A DNA stretch of 64,000 bases from an uncultured cyanobacterium (lineage in GTDB: Bacteria; Cyanobacteriota; Cyanobacteriia; Cyanobacteriales; Nostocaceae): NCBI GenBank assembly GCA_963706595.1, contig OY970166.1, forward strand, positions 5,088,001 through 5,152,000, read 5' to 3'. Each line of letters starts with the position of its first letter. Position 1 is the stretch's first letter. The notes beneath the pieces are model-generated. The model saw only the letters and a list, made by a program, of their open reading frames with translations, was not told the origin of the DNA and made no database searches. A program made the translations under genes and the position numbers. This document shows, in pieces, positions 53,582 through 62,941 of this stretch.

Positions 53582-55630
53582 ATGACGCGTAGACACAAAA
53601 TAGCTTACAGCTTGACATCACTAATCAGTGTCAGCTTAATATCGCACTTGATTGCACCTGATTCTGCCCTTGTGGCTGCACCACCGAGAAACCCCGACAA
53701 AACGGTAAATTGTGAAATTTTAGTGGTGGGTGGTGGACTTTCCGGCGTAGCTACAGCTTACGAAGGTTTACTAGCTGGGCGTAGAGTTTGCCTCACAGAA
53801 ATTACCGATTGGTTGGGAGGACAAGTTTCTTCCCAGGGAACATCTGCATTAGATGAACGCCCCACCCAGCGCAGTCGCCAATTTTATTCTCGTGGCTACT
53901 TGGAATTGCGAAATCGCATTGAACGTAAATACGGTAAACTTAATCCTGGGGAATGCTGGGTAAGTGACTCTTGCTTTTTGCCTCGTGATGCTCACACCGT
54001 GATGGCTCAGATGCTCAAAGATGCTGAAAGAAAGGGTAGAGGTAAGTTAGAATGGTTCCCCAATACGGTAGTTAAAGATTTAGAAGTTAGCCCATCTACA
54101 GTTGAGGGTGGTGGACAGTTAATTAATAGCGCGATCGCAATTCAACATCAACCAGCACCAGGCGCACCGCCTCATAACACTTTCACTTTATCTCAAACCA
54201 TTGAAGATGCTTATCGCTACGAAAACTCATCTCGGTTTACCAAAAATATTATTCGCCTAGTTCCCCAAAAGAGCCAAGGTAACGCCCCAAAATGGTACGT
54301 TGTCGATGCTAGCGAAACCGGGGAAATTATCGCCCTTGCTGACGTTCCCTACCGCTTAGGTATTGACCCTCGTTCTCATTTAGAACCTTCTTCTTCCAGC
54401 GCCCAAAACGATCCTTATTGTACCCAAGGCTTTACTTACACTTTTGCAATGGAGGCTACCAAGGAACCACAACCCCAAGAAATGCCGCCATTTTATCTCC
54501 AGTATTCCCCATATTTCAGTTATGAATTACAGCGACTGGCAAACTTTGACTTAGTTTTCACCTATCGCCGCATTTGGAGTCCGCAACAGGGACAACCTGC
54601 AACCTTCGGAGGTGTGAGATTTTCCACTCCCACGCCAGGGGACATTTCCATGCAAAACTGGACTTGGGGTAACGACTATCGCCCCGGAACTGCCCAAGAT
54701 AACCTAGTTTACACGCGCCAACAGTTGCAAGCTGCTGGACAGTTGCAACCTGGGGGTTGGCTGGGGGGACTGCGAACAGAAAGCCTCCGCAAAGGTGAAG
54801 AAATCTCACTTTCGTATTATTACTGGCTAGTAGCTGGAACTACAGATTCTCAACTGGGTGAAGGTGTTAAACAGCAATACCCAAATAATCGCTTTATATC
54901 CGGCTTAAATTCCCCAATGGGAACAGCGCATGGTTTATCGAAATATCCCTATATGCGCGAAGGAAGGCGGATAATTGGCCGTCCCAGTTGGGGACAACCA
55001 GAAGGGTTTACGATTTGGGAAACTGATATTTCTCGTCGTGACTACAACGATGAGTATTACCGCAATACTCTACCGGCAGCTATGTACCGCAGATTACAAG
55101 CTACACTAGCCGGCTTGGAAGCAGTATCTGTACTTACAGGACAAAAACCTCCCGAACAGGTGATGTGGCGGACTCGTTCGACTATTTTTCCTGATTCTGT
55201 AGGTATTGGTCACTATGCCATAGACTTCCATCCTTGCATGGAGAAAAGCCCCCCAGAAGCTGCTGGTAACAGAGAACGTCCTGGAGAAAGGCGCGGTGCT
55301 GGTCAAGCTTATCCCTTCCAAATTGCCCTCAGAGCCATGATTCCCCAAAAAATCGATAATTTGATTGTAGGGGGCAAAAGTATCGCTACCAGTCACATTG
55401 CTGCGGCTGCTTATCGGGTACACTCATTTGAATGGTCGTCTGGTGCTGCTGCGGGAACCACTGCGGCTTTCTCTTTAAAAAATCAAGTTGCACCTTATCA
55501 ACTGGTAGAGGATTTACCGAGGGCTGCACCACAATTACAAGCTCTCAAACGTCTGTTGCAGCAAAATGGCAACCCGACAGCTTTCCCTGATACTTCCATT
55601 TTTAACGAAAACTGGGATAATTGGCGTTAG
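53582..55630 (+). CDS. Exported FAD-dependent oxidoreductase
   Basis: Signal peptide, VVGGGLSGVATA, GGQVSSQG, PYMREGRRI. Confidence 0.9.
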   Translation: MTRRHKIAYSLTSLISVSLISHLIAPDSALVAAPPRNPDKTVNCEILVVGGGLSGVATAYEGLLAGRRVCLTEITDWLGGQVSSQGTSALDERPTQRSRQFYSRGYLELRNRIERKYGKLNPGECWVSDSCFLPRDAHTVMAQMLKDAERKGRGKLEWFPNTVVKDLEVSPSTVEGGGQLINSAIAIQHQPAPGAPPHNTFTLSQTIEDAYRYENSSRFTKNIIRLVPQKSQGNAPKWYVVDASETGEIIALADVPYRLGIDPRSHLEPSSSSAQNDPYCTQGFTYTFAMEATKEPQPQEMPPFYLQYSPYFSYELQRLANFDLVFTYRRIWSPQQGQPATFGGVRFSTPTPGDISMQNWTWGNDYRPGTAQDNLVYTRQQLQAAGQLQPGGWLGGLRTESLRKGEEISLSYYYWLVAGTTDSQLGEGVKQQYPNNRFISGLNSPMGTAHGLSKYPYMREGRRIIGRPSWGQPEGFTIWETDISRRDYNDEYYRNTLPAAMYRRLQATLAGLEAVSVLTGQKPPEQVMWRTRSTIFPDSVGIGHYAIDFHPCMEKSPPEAAGNRERPGERRGAGQAYPFQIALRAMIPQKIDNLIVGGKSIATSHIAAAAYRVHSFEWSSGAAAGTTAAFSLKNQVAPYQLVEDLPRAAPQLQALKRLLQQNGNPTAFPDTSIFNENWDNWR

Positions 55631-55687
55631 GGTTGAAGAATCTTAGATTTTAGATTTGGGATTTAGGATTGACCACATAGATTTATC

Positions 55688-55798
55688 GGCGTTGCTGATT
55701 TGAAGTATGAACACGATTTGTGATGATGTCAAAACCCCTGTAGAGACGTTCCATGGAACGTCTCTACATTTAAATTCATATTTGGTTTCAGCAACGCC
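55688..55798. mobile_element. 111-bp MITE with 8-bp target duplication
   Basis: GATTTATC|GGCGTTGCTGA ... TCAGCAACGCC|GATTTATC with internal perfect hairpin. Confidence 0.88.
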
Positions 55799-55900
55799 GA
55801 TTTATCTATGGGTTTATACGATTAAGGAATTATTTGTCTAGGGGCTAGCTAGGGTAAACGGATAAACCGCTATTTCATCTTTGCTTTTCCAGTCCCTATT

Positions 55901-55958
55901 ACCCACTCCCCACTCCCCACTCCCCATTCCCCACTCCCCACTCCCCATTCCCTACTCC
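55901..55958. repeat. STRR heptamer tandem repeat (CCCCAYT)n
   Basis: About eight units. Confidence 0.85.
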
Positions 55959-56024
55959 GCAGACAATAGACTAGACTGGTTATTTATAGTGTAGATTTGT
56001 AAAATTCTGTTGGCTCACTGTTTT

Positions 56025-56351
56025 ATGGTTACAAGACTTTCAGCAGCTGTGTGCGGAACAAGTGCAGCACCAACTGTAGCTCCTGGAAAGACTACTCAAG
56101 TTATCCGCAAGACTTATCCGAATTACAAGGTGATTGTTTTAAACGATGACTTTAATACTTTTCAGCACGTGTCTGAGTGTTTGATGAAATATATTCCGGG
56201 AATGACTGGTGATAGAGCTTGGGATTTGACCAATCAGATACATTATGAAGGGCAAGCTATTGTCTGGGTAGGTCCCCAAGAAATGGCGGAACTGTATCAT
56301 CAACAACTACGTCGAGCTGGTTTAACAATGGCACCTTTAGAAGCGGCTTAA
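56025..56351 (+). CDS. clpS: Clp protease adaptor ClpS
   Basis: YKVIVLNDDFNTF..V, HYEGQAIVW. Confidence 0.93.
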   Translation: MVTRLSAAVCGTSAAPTVAPGKTTQVIRKTYPNYKVIVLNDDFNTFQHVSECLMKYIPGMTGDRAWDLTNQIHYEGQAIVWVGPQEMAELYHQQLRRAGLTMAPLEAA

Positions 56352-56356
56352 TTATC

Positions 56357-56680
56357 ATGGGCAAACCCGCAAAAGACGCTTCTGGCAAAGATGGCAGATT
56401 AGTCTGGAATCACTCAACTCATCTTTCTGGTCTCATTCCAATTTTAGAACGTCTCTGTCAGCAGGATGGGATTCAAACTGTCACGCCAGGTGTGATTGGG
56501 CGGGCGAAAGGCCATTGTCCAAAAATGCAACTACGTGTATCTGTACCTATTCGAGGTGGTTATAAAGTCATAGCGCGTCAGGGTAAGACCGTACAAGAGG
56601 TTTTTATCCTGACCACTTTAGATCAGGATAAATTTAAAGATACTATTGCGATCGCCATGAAAATTAAATCAGCCTCATAG
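56357..56680 (+). CDS. DUF2103 family protein
   Basis: RLVWNHSTH, TPGVI, ARQGKTVQEVF. Confidence 0.8.
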   Translation: MGKPAKDASGKDGRLVWNHSTHLSGLIPILERLCQQDGIQTVTPGVIGRAKGHCPKMQLRVSVPIRGGYKVIARQGKTVQEVFILTTLDQDKFKDTIAIAMKIKSAS

Positions 56681-56716
56681 TCCATTGTCCATCGTGCATC
56701 GATTCTTGACTATTGG

Positions 56717-57037
56717 CTATTCTTCCACTTGGCGGACTGAAAATTTGTGTAATGGCAAACTGAGAACGCAAGAGAAAGTTAAGAAATATGACAAAGCGAT
56801 AGTGATTTTTACTGACATGAGTGCAGTTTCCCAATCAGGTAAAATCAACTTTTCCAGCCCAAAAGCACAACAGTAAACCAGCCAGTAAGAGAAGCTCATT
56901 CTAAAGAGAATTTTCTCTGTTTCTTCCAGATTATCTTTTGGCTGTTTGCGATCCCACAGTAATAATAGACCAGCAACACAAGCAACAAAGGATACAGCAA
57001 CTACAAATTCGTGGCACATTAAATTCATTGAATGCAT
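56717..57037 (-). CDS. Hypothetical membrane protein
   Basis: Three hydrophobic segments. Confidence 0.6.
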   Translation of the reverse strand: MHSMNLMCHEFVVAVSFVACVAGLLLLWDRKQPKDNLEETEKILFRMSFSYWLVYCCAFGLEKLILPDWETALMSVKITIALSYFLTFSCVLSLPLHKFSVRQVEE

Positions 57038-57249
57038 TTGCGTTGATCCAATACTTTCCCGATGAGATTCAGTCTAAAGGAATATTCTCCCTATACCCAA
57101 AATATATTTACAAACTGCAATAGAACACTGTAATTAAGTTTAAGTAATGCAACGAAAGGTTGAGTTAAATTAAGTTCACTAATTTAAACAATTTTTAATT
57201 TAAATTAAATAGTTTTGTAAAGCAAGTCTAAGCCCGTTAAAGTTTAGTT

Positions 57250-58116
57250 TTATTGAAGAGAGCTAATTCTGTTTTGTAACTCAATCAAATCAGGATACTG
57301 ATTAACATCCAGTTGATTCAACGCCCAATCAAAAAACTTGTCTAGAGCAATATATTGAGATTTTTGTCGCTGCATAGCTTTTTGAATATCATTACCATGA
57401 AACCAGATCAAATACTGCTTATGTGTCCAAAATTCCTCTTGGGCAAACTGCTGCTGATATACAGCAAGGCTTTGTTCAAATCTGTCTGGAGTGACAGTTC
57501 CAACAGCCTCTTGAAAGCGGTTAATTAATTCTACAGCTTGATTTTGACAGTCTTGAAGAGCGAGTGAGGGTGGAAGTTTACCACTACCACCTGTCCATGT
57601 TGTTTTGAGTTGATGTCGAGATGTACTTGATTGCAATAAATCAGCTAATGCCCATCTTACTGTTTGATAATCTTGCAAGCTGATTGCAGCTTCTTCCATC
57701 CAAGGTGAAATCGCCTCAAATCCTGGTGAATCTCCATGTCCCCATTTAGAAGTAGGATTATCTTGTTTTTCTATATCTTTTGTGTGCCAATAGTTATGAA
57801 TTAAATCGGCATTTAATAGATAATTTTCTACACAAGCACGATGGGTAAGCATCATGGAATTGAGTGGTATTAATGCACTATTATCAGTAGGTTTAGCGTC
57901 AAAATCGCGGTCGCGAAAAATTATGTATTGTTGATTTGTCGCTCCTTCTTTAGAGAAGTAACCCTGAACAAAAACCGAAAATGTAAATTTACTGCCAGCA
58001 GGAACAATTGTGGGCTTATTTGTTAAAACGTTTTCGACAACTCTATTCAGGAGTCTAAAATCTAAGCTAGTTTGCTTGCCCTCACAGAAAATAATTTTGC
58101 CACTAACAACACTCAC
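57250..58116 (-). CDS. TOPRIM-like (DUF4435-like) nuclease, AriB-like
   Basis: IIFCEG, RDRDFD, VENYL motifs; coupled to upstream ATPase. Confidence 0.7.
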   Translation of the reverse strand: MSVVSGKIIFCEGKQTSLDFRLLNRVVENVLTNKPTIVPAGSKFTFSVFVQGYFSKEGATNQQYIIFRDRDFDAKPTDNSALIPLNSMMLTHRACVENYLLNADLIHNYWHTKDIEKQDNPTSKWGHGDSPGFEAISPWMEEAAISLQDYQTVRWALADLLQSSTSRHQLKTTWTGGSGKLPPSLALQDCQNQAVELINRFQEAVGTVTPDRFEQSLAVYQQQFAQEEFWTHKQYLIWFHGNDIQKAMQRQKSQYIALDKFFDWALNQLDVNQYPDLIELQNRISSLQ

Positions 58117-58118
58117 AA

Positions 58119-59180
58119 TTACACCTCTAGTCTGATAATATATGCTTCCGGTACTAATTGCTCTATATAATCAGAGTGGGTTGTAATGATAAACTGATTA
58201 TTTGTGCCTAACTTGGGTAAAGCTCTCAGCAATGCCTGTTGCATTGGTGGATGTAAATGCAACTCAATTTCATCAATAAGAATGACAGAGTTATGAATAT
58301 TCCAACTAGCAAAGTCCACTAGCATTGGAAAAATAGCACGTTCACCCCCGGACATCTCAGAAATTTCATACTGGTTTCTACCGTCATATAAATAAAACCA
58401 GAGTTCACTGAAGATATCATCCACATTCTCTCGCGGAACTGGTCCTTCAAAACTTCGTTCTGGAAAAACTGCTTTGTAAGCGCGTTCAATTTCGGCGTAT
58501 AAATCCTTTTGTCCTGGGCGTAAATGGGGAATTTTCTGCGTTTCTACATCTTGATGGAATTGTCGCCATTTAGAAAGGCGATCGCGCAAGAGGTCTTCTG
58601 TGATTTCAACTTTGCGATCTGGATCTTCTGTAGTCAGGCTAGTTGAAGTTCTCTGTTCTGTGTACCAAAGAATTGTACCCACTCGTTCAAATACTGAAAA
58701 TCCTTCAGCACGGAGTAATTGTTTAGCGTATTCTCTTCCTTTAAATTGAAATAATTCAGCAGCACTATCTGCTTGAACACGTCCATTTCGCCATTTCAGG
58801 GTAACAATATGCTTGTCACCAGGAGGCTGCAAATCACGACCCATGTTTTGTAATTTCTGTTGAAATTCTCCCACAGCTTGGAGTTCACCAGATGAGAATT
58901 GTACCTTTACAGTTACCTCTGGCTCAAATCCGCCCCAGTTACTTCCAAGCAGTTCATAGTTAAATCCTGCCCATTCTAAATCGGAAGGTGCTTTTAAGCG
59001 TCCAGTTGCTGTGCCGAGAGTTGAGGCGATCGCTTGTAAAAGACTTGTTTTTCCAGCACCATTCATGCCGATGAGAACAATAATATCTCGCGCTAACCCA
59101 GTTTCTGGATCTGTGAAATCAAATACTGGAGAAGACCGGAATCTCTTAAAATATTTTAGTTGTAGGGATTGAATTTTCAT
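58119..59180 (-). CDS. ABC/AAA_21-type ATPase, AriA-like
   Basis: Walker A GMNGAGKT, MSGGE signature, ILIDEIELHLHP, ITTHS. Confidence 0.9.
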   Translation of the reverse strand: MKIQSLQLKYFKRFRSSPVFDFTDPETGLARDIIVLIGMNGAGKTSLLQAIASTLGTATGRLKAPSDLEWAGFNYELLGSNWGGFEPEVTVKVQFSSGELQAVGEFQQKLQNMGRDLQPPGDKHIVTLKWRNGRVQADSAAELFQFKGREYAKQLLRAEGFSVFERVGTILWYTEQRTSTSLTTEDPDRKVEITEDLLRDRLSKWRQFHQDVETQKIPHLRPGQKDLYAEIERAYKAVFPERSFEGPVPRENVDDIFSELWFYLYDGRNQYEISEMSGGERAIFPMLVDFASWNIHNSVILIDEIELHLHPPMQQALLRALPKLGTNNQFIITTHSDYIEQLVPEAYIIRLEV

Positions 59181-59390
59181 ATTGAGATTCTCCTAAATAG
59201 GAGAAACAGTGATTTTAAAAAAGTATTGAATTACAATAATTTTACATTAGACATCTGGTGAAAATAAAATATGCTTTATCTAAAAACCTTGCACTGCGGT
59301 TAATACGTTAAAAATCCCTTGTCCAAAACCTGAAAAGGATTTTTAGGACTTATTGTTTTTGCCCAGCCTCCAAAAAATGGTAGTTCATAG

Positions 59391-59651
59391 TTAATAATGG
59401 TATCGACAAGAAATAATAGTTAAATAAACATCATCAACAGCATAAACCAAACGATTGGTATCATCAATTCGCCGTGACCAAAATCCTGCTAAATTTTCCC
59501 TGAGAGGCTCTGGCTTACCAATACCCTCAAAAGGCATCCGCATCGTCTCCTCAATTAGTTTATTGATTCTTTTGAGAGTCTTTTTATCTTGCCCTTGCCA
59601 GTAAAGATAATTAGCCCAAGCCTCATCAGTCCATGCCAACATTTTAGTCAT
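59391..59651 (-). CDS. yoeB: Txe/YoeB family toxin
   Basis: YLYWQ, GIGKPEPL, WSRRI...RLVY, RYHY. Confidence 0.95.
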   Translation of the reverse strand: MTKMLAWTDEAWANYLYWQGQDKKTLKRINKLIEETMRMPFEGIGKPEPLRENLAGFWSRRIDDTNRLVYAVDDVYLTIISCRYHY

Positions 59652-59898
59652 CTAGCAAATCTCGCTCCACCACGTTCCCCTGCTTAAATTGAGCAATAGA
59701 ACGTTCTAAATGGGCTGCATTTGCCGGAGACTTCAATAAATGCACAGTCTCCATCAGACTATTAAAAAACTCCAGCGACATCACCACCGCATCATCCGCG
59801 TCTCGTCTGGTGATAATTGTATAGTCAGCATCTTCCGTCACCTGATCTAAAACTGTTTTTAGACTATTTCTTGCTTCGCTAAAAGAAATAATTTTCAT
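59644..59898 (-). CDS. yefM: Phd/YefM family antitoxin
   Basis: FSEARNSLK, ITRR, ETVHLLKSPANA; start ATG 59898; overlaps toxin start. Confidence 0.93.
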   Translation of the reverse strand: MKIISFSEARNSLKTVLDQVTEDADYTIITRRDADDAVVMSLEFFNSLMETVHLLKSPANAAHLERSIAQFKQGNVVERDLLDD

Positions 59899-59996
59899 CT
59901 GGGGAAAGTTGTACTGTTTATTGTACAAGTGTAGCGTTTTTTCTAGATTGTACAATAATTACAAGAAAAGAGCGCTTCGTGTGGAAACAATTTGAT

Positions 59997-60188
59997 TCAA
60001 AATGAGGCGATATCATCTTCGGCAGATTCGTCGTCTATAAAACGTAGTCGCTCAAATAAAGGCAGTTCTTTTTTTTGTTGCTGCAAGTAATTGGATAATA
60101 TTTTAATGATTGCTTCCTGTGGATTCTCATAGTGACTAACTGCAATAATTTCATTAATTAGTTCATCATCTATTGTGATCATGGTCAT
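59997..60188 (-). CDS. Orphan VapB-like antitoxin fragment
   Basis: TMITIDDELINE RHH-like start; no cognate toxin visible. Confidence 0.45.
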   Translation of the reverse strand: MTMITIDDELINEIIAVSHYENPQEAIIKILSNYLQQQKKELPLFERLRFIDDESAEDDIASF

Positions 60189-60366
60189 GGCTTTGTCCCC
60201 GGTTGTTTTAAAGAAATTTAACGTGAGTTCGACAGAGAGGAAAGTCTGAAAAGCTTGTTAGGTAGTAATTTGAAGAAATAGGATGCCAAAGAATGAAGAA
60301 AATGGAGAGAGAATAGTTGAAAAAATTACAAAAAATGCGGAGACTAAAAATATTATACCTACTTTA

Positions 60367-60837
60367 CTAATGCTCACAAGCAGCAATACTTACCCAGGTG
60401 CTAGAACCATCAGCCCAATGTTCTTTTTTCCAAATAGGGGCATTATGTTTAAGAGTATCAATAGCATAACGACAAGCTTCAAACGCTTCACTACGATGCG
60501 GACAACCAACGGCTACTAAGACGCTGATTTCTCCCACTTGCAAACGCCCGACGCGATGATAAATTACTACCCGCTTCACATCAGACCAAGTGGAACGAAT
60601 ATCAGCAGCAATTTGATAAAAAACTCGTAACGCCATTGGTTCATAAGCTTGATATTCTAAAGCAATCACAGGTTGTCCATCTGTTTGATTGCGAACCATT
60701 CCACTCATCACCACTACAGCACCATTAGCTGCGTCGTTGGCTTTGGCGTAGACTTCTTCCAGGGATAATGGCGCAAAGGTGATGGCAAAACTATCTTCGG
60801 TTTTTGGTTTAATGGCAGAGGTTAGTGTATTAGACAT
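60367..60837 (-). CDS. moaE: Molybdopterin synthase catalytic subunit
   Basis: LEYQAYEPMA, HRVGRL.VGE.SV, APIWKKE. Confidence 0.96.
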   Translation of the reverse strand: MSNTLTSAIKPKTEDSFAITFAPLSLEEVYAKANDAANGAVVVMSGMVRNQTDGQPVIALEYQAYEPMALRVFYQIAADIRSTWSDVKRVVIYHRVGRLQVGEISVLVAVGCPHRSEAFEACRYAIDTLKHNAPIWKKEHWADGSSTWVSIAACEH

Positions 60838-60880
60838 GGTAGTTTCACGCAGAGGCGCACCAGGCGCAGAGAGAGAGTAA

Positions 60881-61843
60881 TTAAGGAAGGCTATTTCTTT
60901 TATTGAGAAATTTTAGTTGATGATACAGACAGCTAATTAGCGGTAAATTTACACCTGCTGCTTGGGCTTTTTTTTATGGGTTGCCGAAAATTGCTTCTAC
61001 TTCTAAGGGTCGGTGTTCATCATAGTCAATTTTCATGCTGGTACGGTAAGGTTTCATTTTGAGAGTGTAATTCAGCATGGTTTGAATGAAGCTGTCAGGA
61101 ATGATACGCCCGGAAGTTTTCGCGCCAGCTACTACTTCGTTCATCAATTGTTCAACTAATTTACGGGTGTCAGCATCAGCCATTAATTCGTCTGTTGTCG
61201 CATTGAGTATTACAGACAGCCCATTGTAGGGTATATTCCATACCAGTTTTTGCCAACGCGCCAGCAATAAATCTGCGGCTAATTCTATTGGGATACCAGC
61301 ATTTTGAAAATCATCAGCAATATGCTGCGTCCTAGCTGTAATTGGATAAGGTCTATATTCATGGGTATATTCACCCAAGGTAATTTTTCCATAATTTAAG
61401 TGCAGAATGTGTCCTGATCCCACTTTATTGGAACACAGAAAACATAACCCACCAATAACTTGAACATTGCTGACAATTCGGGCAATATCCTCTTCTACAC
61501 CCAAACCATTTTGTAATACTAAGACTATCCCGCTATTTTTAACCACGGGTGGTAATAATTTTGGTAGTAAATGGTTTTGAGTCGTCTTCAGTGCCACTAT
61601 GACTACATCACATTTTGGCATCTGGTTGACATCGTTATAGGCGTTAACTTGGGGAAGAGTAAAATCACCATCTTTTGATTCGACAAATAAACCAGATTGG
61701 CTGACGTGTTCGTAATCACTTTTGAGCAAAAAGTGGACATCTAAACCAGATTTTTGCAATTTAGCGCCATAAAACCCACCTAATGCACCAGTTCCGAGGA
61801 TGGCGTACTTGCGATCGCGCAGCAGTCCGAAGGAATCGCACAT
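60881..61843 (-). CDS. panE: 2-dehydropantoate 2-reductase, in-frame premature TAA at 60974-60976
   Basis: GTGALG, LQNGLG, WQKLVWN, TSMKID; frame continues KKAQAAGVNLPLISCLYHQLKFL to 60881. Confidence 0.88.
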
Positions 61844-62201
61844 TTCTTATATACAGGATTCTCTAAGAATAATCATAAAGCGATGTCCGAACGCCCCATC
61901 TACAGTTAACTTTTTGTAATAAAATTTTAAGCTATTACATAATATTTTAAGAATTTGCACATAATAAATGATCCTGTTTGATGTATTTTTACAGTAGGAA
62001 TTACTCTCAGGTAAAAATTACCCAACTGAATTTAAAATTCTCTAATAATTACGATAAATATTATGAGAGTTTCTTGAAAGAGTTTAAATTATGTTACATA
62101 AGCGGAGTAATCACTTTAGCGGTGTGTTAAGGTGAATTCAAATATCTAAAAATATGTTTATTTACTATTTTTAAGATGTTGACATTAATCCCACTAAATT
62201 A

Positions 62202-62537
62202 ATGCTTGATTTCAACGCCTTAGCTGAGTTCTCCCGTACAAACTGCACCAGCATTTGTGCATTTCTTGTCCCAGCCAACATAATTGCCACATCATTGACA
62301 ATTATCTTCACAGTACTGCGTCGCCCCATACATCAAGTGTGGAAATCTGTGGGATTTGCTACTATCTTCGCTTTAGTGATGGTACTGCACGTATTTACTT
62401 GGTTTATGATAGGCGTGGTAATGTTGCCTACTTATATATTGTTGTCCCTAGCAATCAGTTGTTTGGTGACTAATTTTGCAGCTATCCTTTGGCAAAAGTA
62501 CCAAGTTCGGAATCAGACTCAGACTCAAAGAGCTTAA
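62202..62537 (+). CDS. Hypothetical membrane protein
   Basis: Three TM helices, ICAFLVPAN, HVFTWF. Confidence 0.75.
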   Translation: MLDFNALAEFSRTNCTSICAFLVPANIIATSLTIIFTVLRRPIHQVWKSVGFATIFALVMVLHVFTWFMIGVVMLPTYILLSLAISCLVTNFAAILWQKYQVRNQTQTQRA

Positions 62538-62768
62538 AATCCGCGCATAAATCTTTATTTTTGGCTCTTAGGCAATAATTTGCCAGATTTCAGGATATCT
62601 AAAAATTAGGCGTTGCTGAACTTGAAGAGGAAATGCCAAAATTAAATTTCCTTAACTTTTGTTCTCTGCGCCTCTGCGCTTGGTACGTGTTAGCGGGCTG
62701 TAGCCCGAAAAATCTACATTCTCAATCAACAGCACGAAATTTTGCAGATTTTTGGATATTAATTCTTA

Positions 62769-62941
62769 GAGGATGTTTTAAAAGTTTTGGGCGAATATAA
62801 TTCGCTACTACACAAGCAAAGTCCACCTGCGTGGACTAATGAAAAATTCAGGTTTTTAACCCGCGCAGGCGGGTTTGGTTTGTATAGCCGCGACTTCCAG
62901 TCGCTAGGGCTAGTAATAAATTAGACTTTACAAACATCCTC
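62769..62941. mobile_element. MITE, same TIR family as 23825-24032
   Basis: TTA|GAGGATGTTTTAAAAGT ... ACTTTACAAACATCCTC|TTA. Confidence 0.85.

Noticed and set aside
17574..62473. Numerous short antisense or overlapping ORFs in the track (e.g. 17574, 26927, 48103, 52195, 55106, 60283)
   Set aside because: Shadow frames of well-supported genes or repeats
62609..62736. Second GGCGTTGCTGA-type MITE
   Set aside because: Only the left end is clear; right end is degenerate and I could not identify a target duplication
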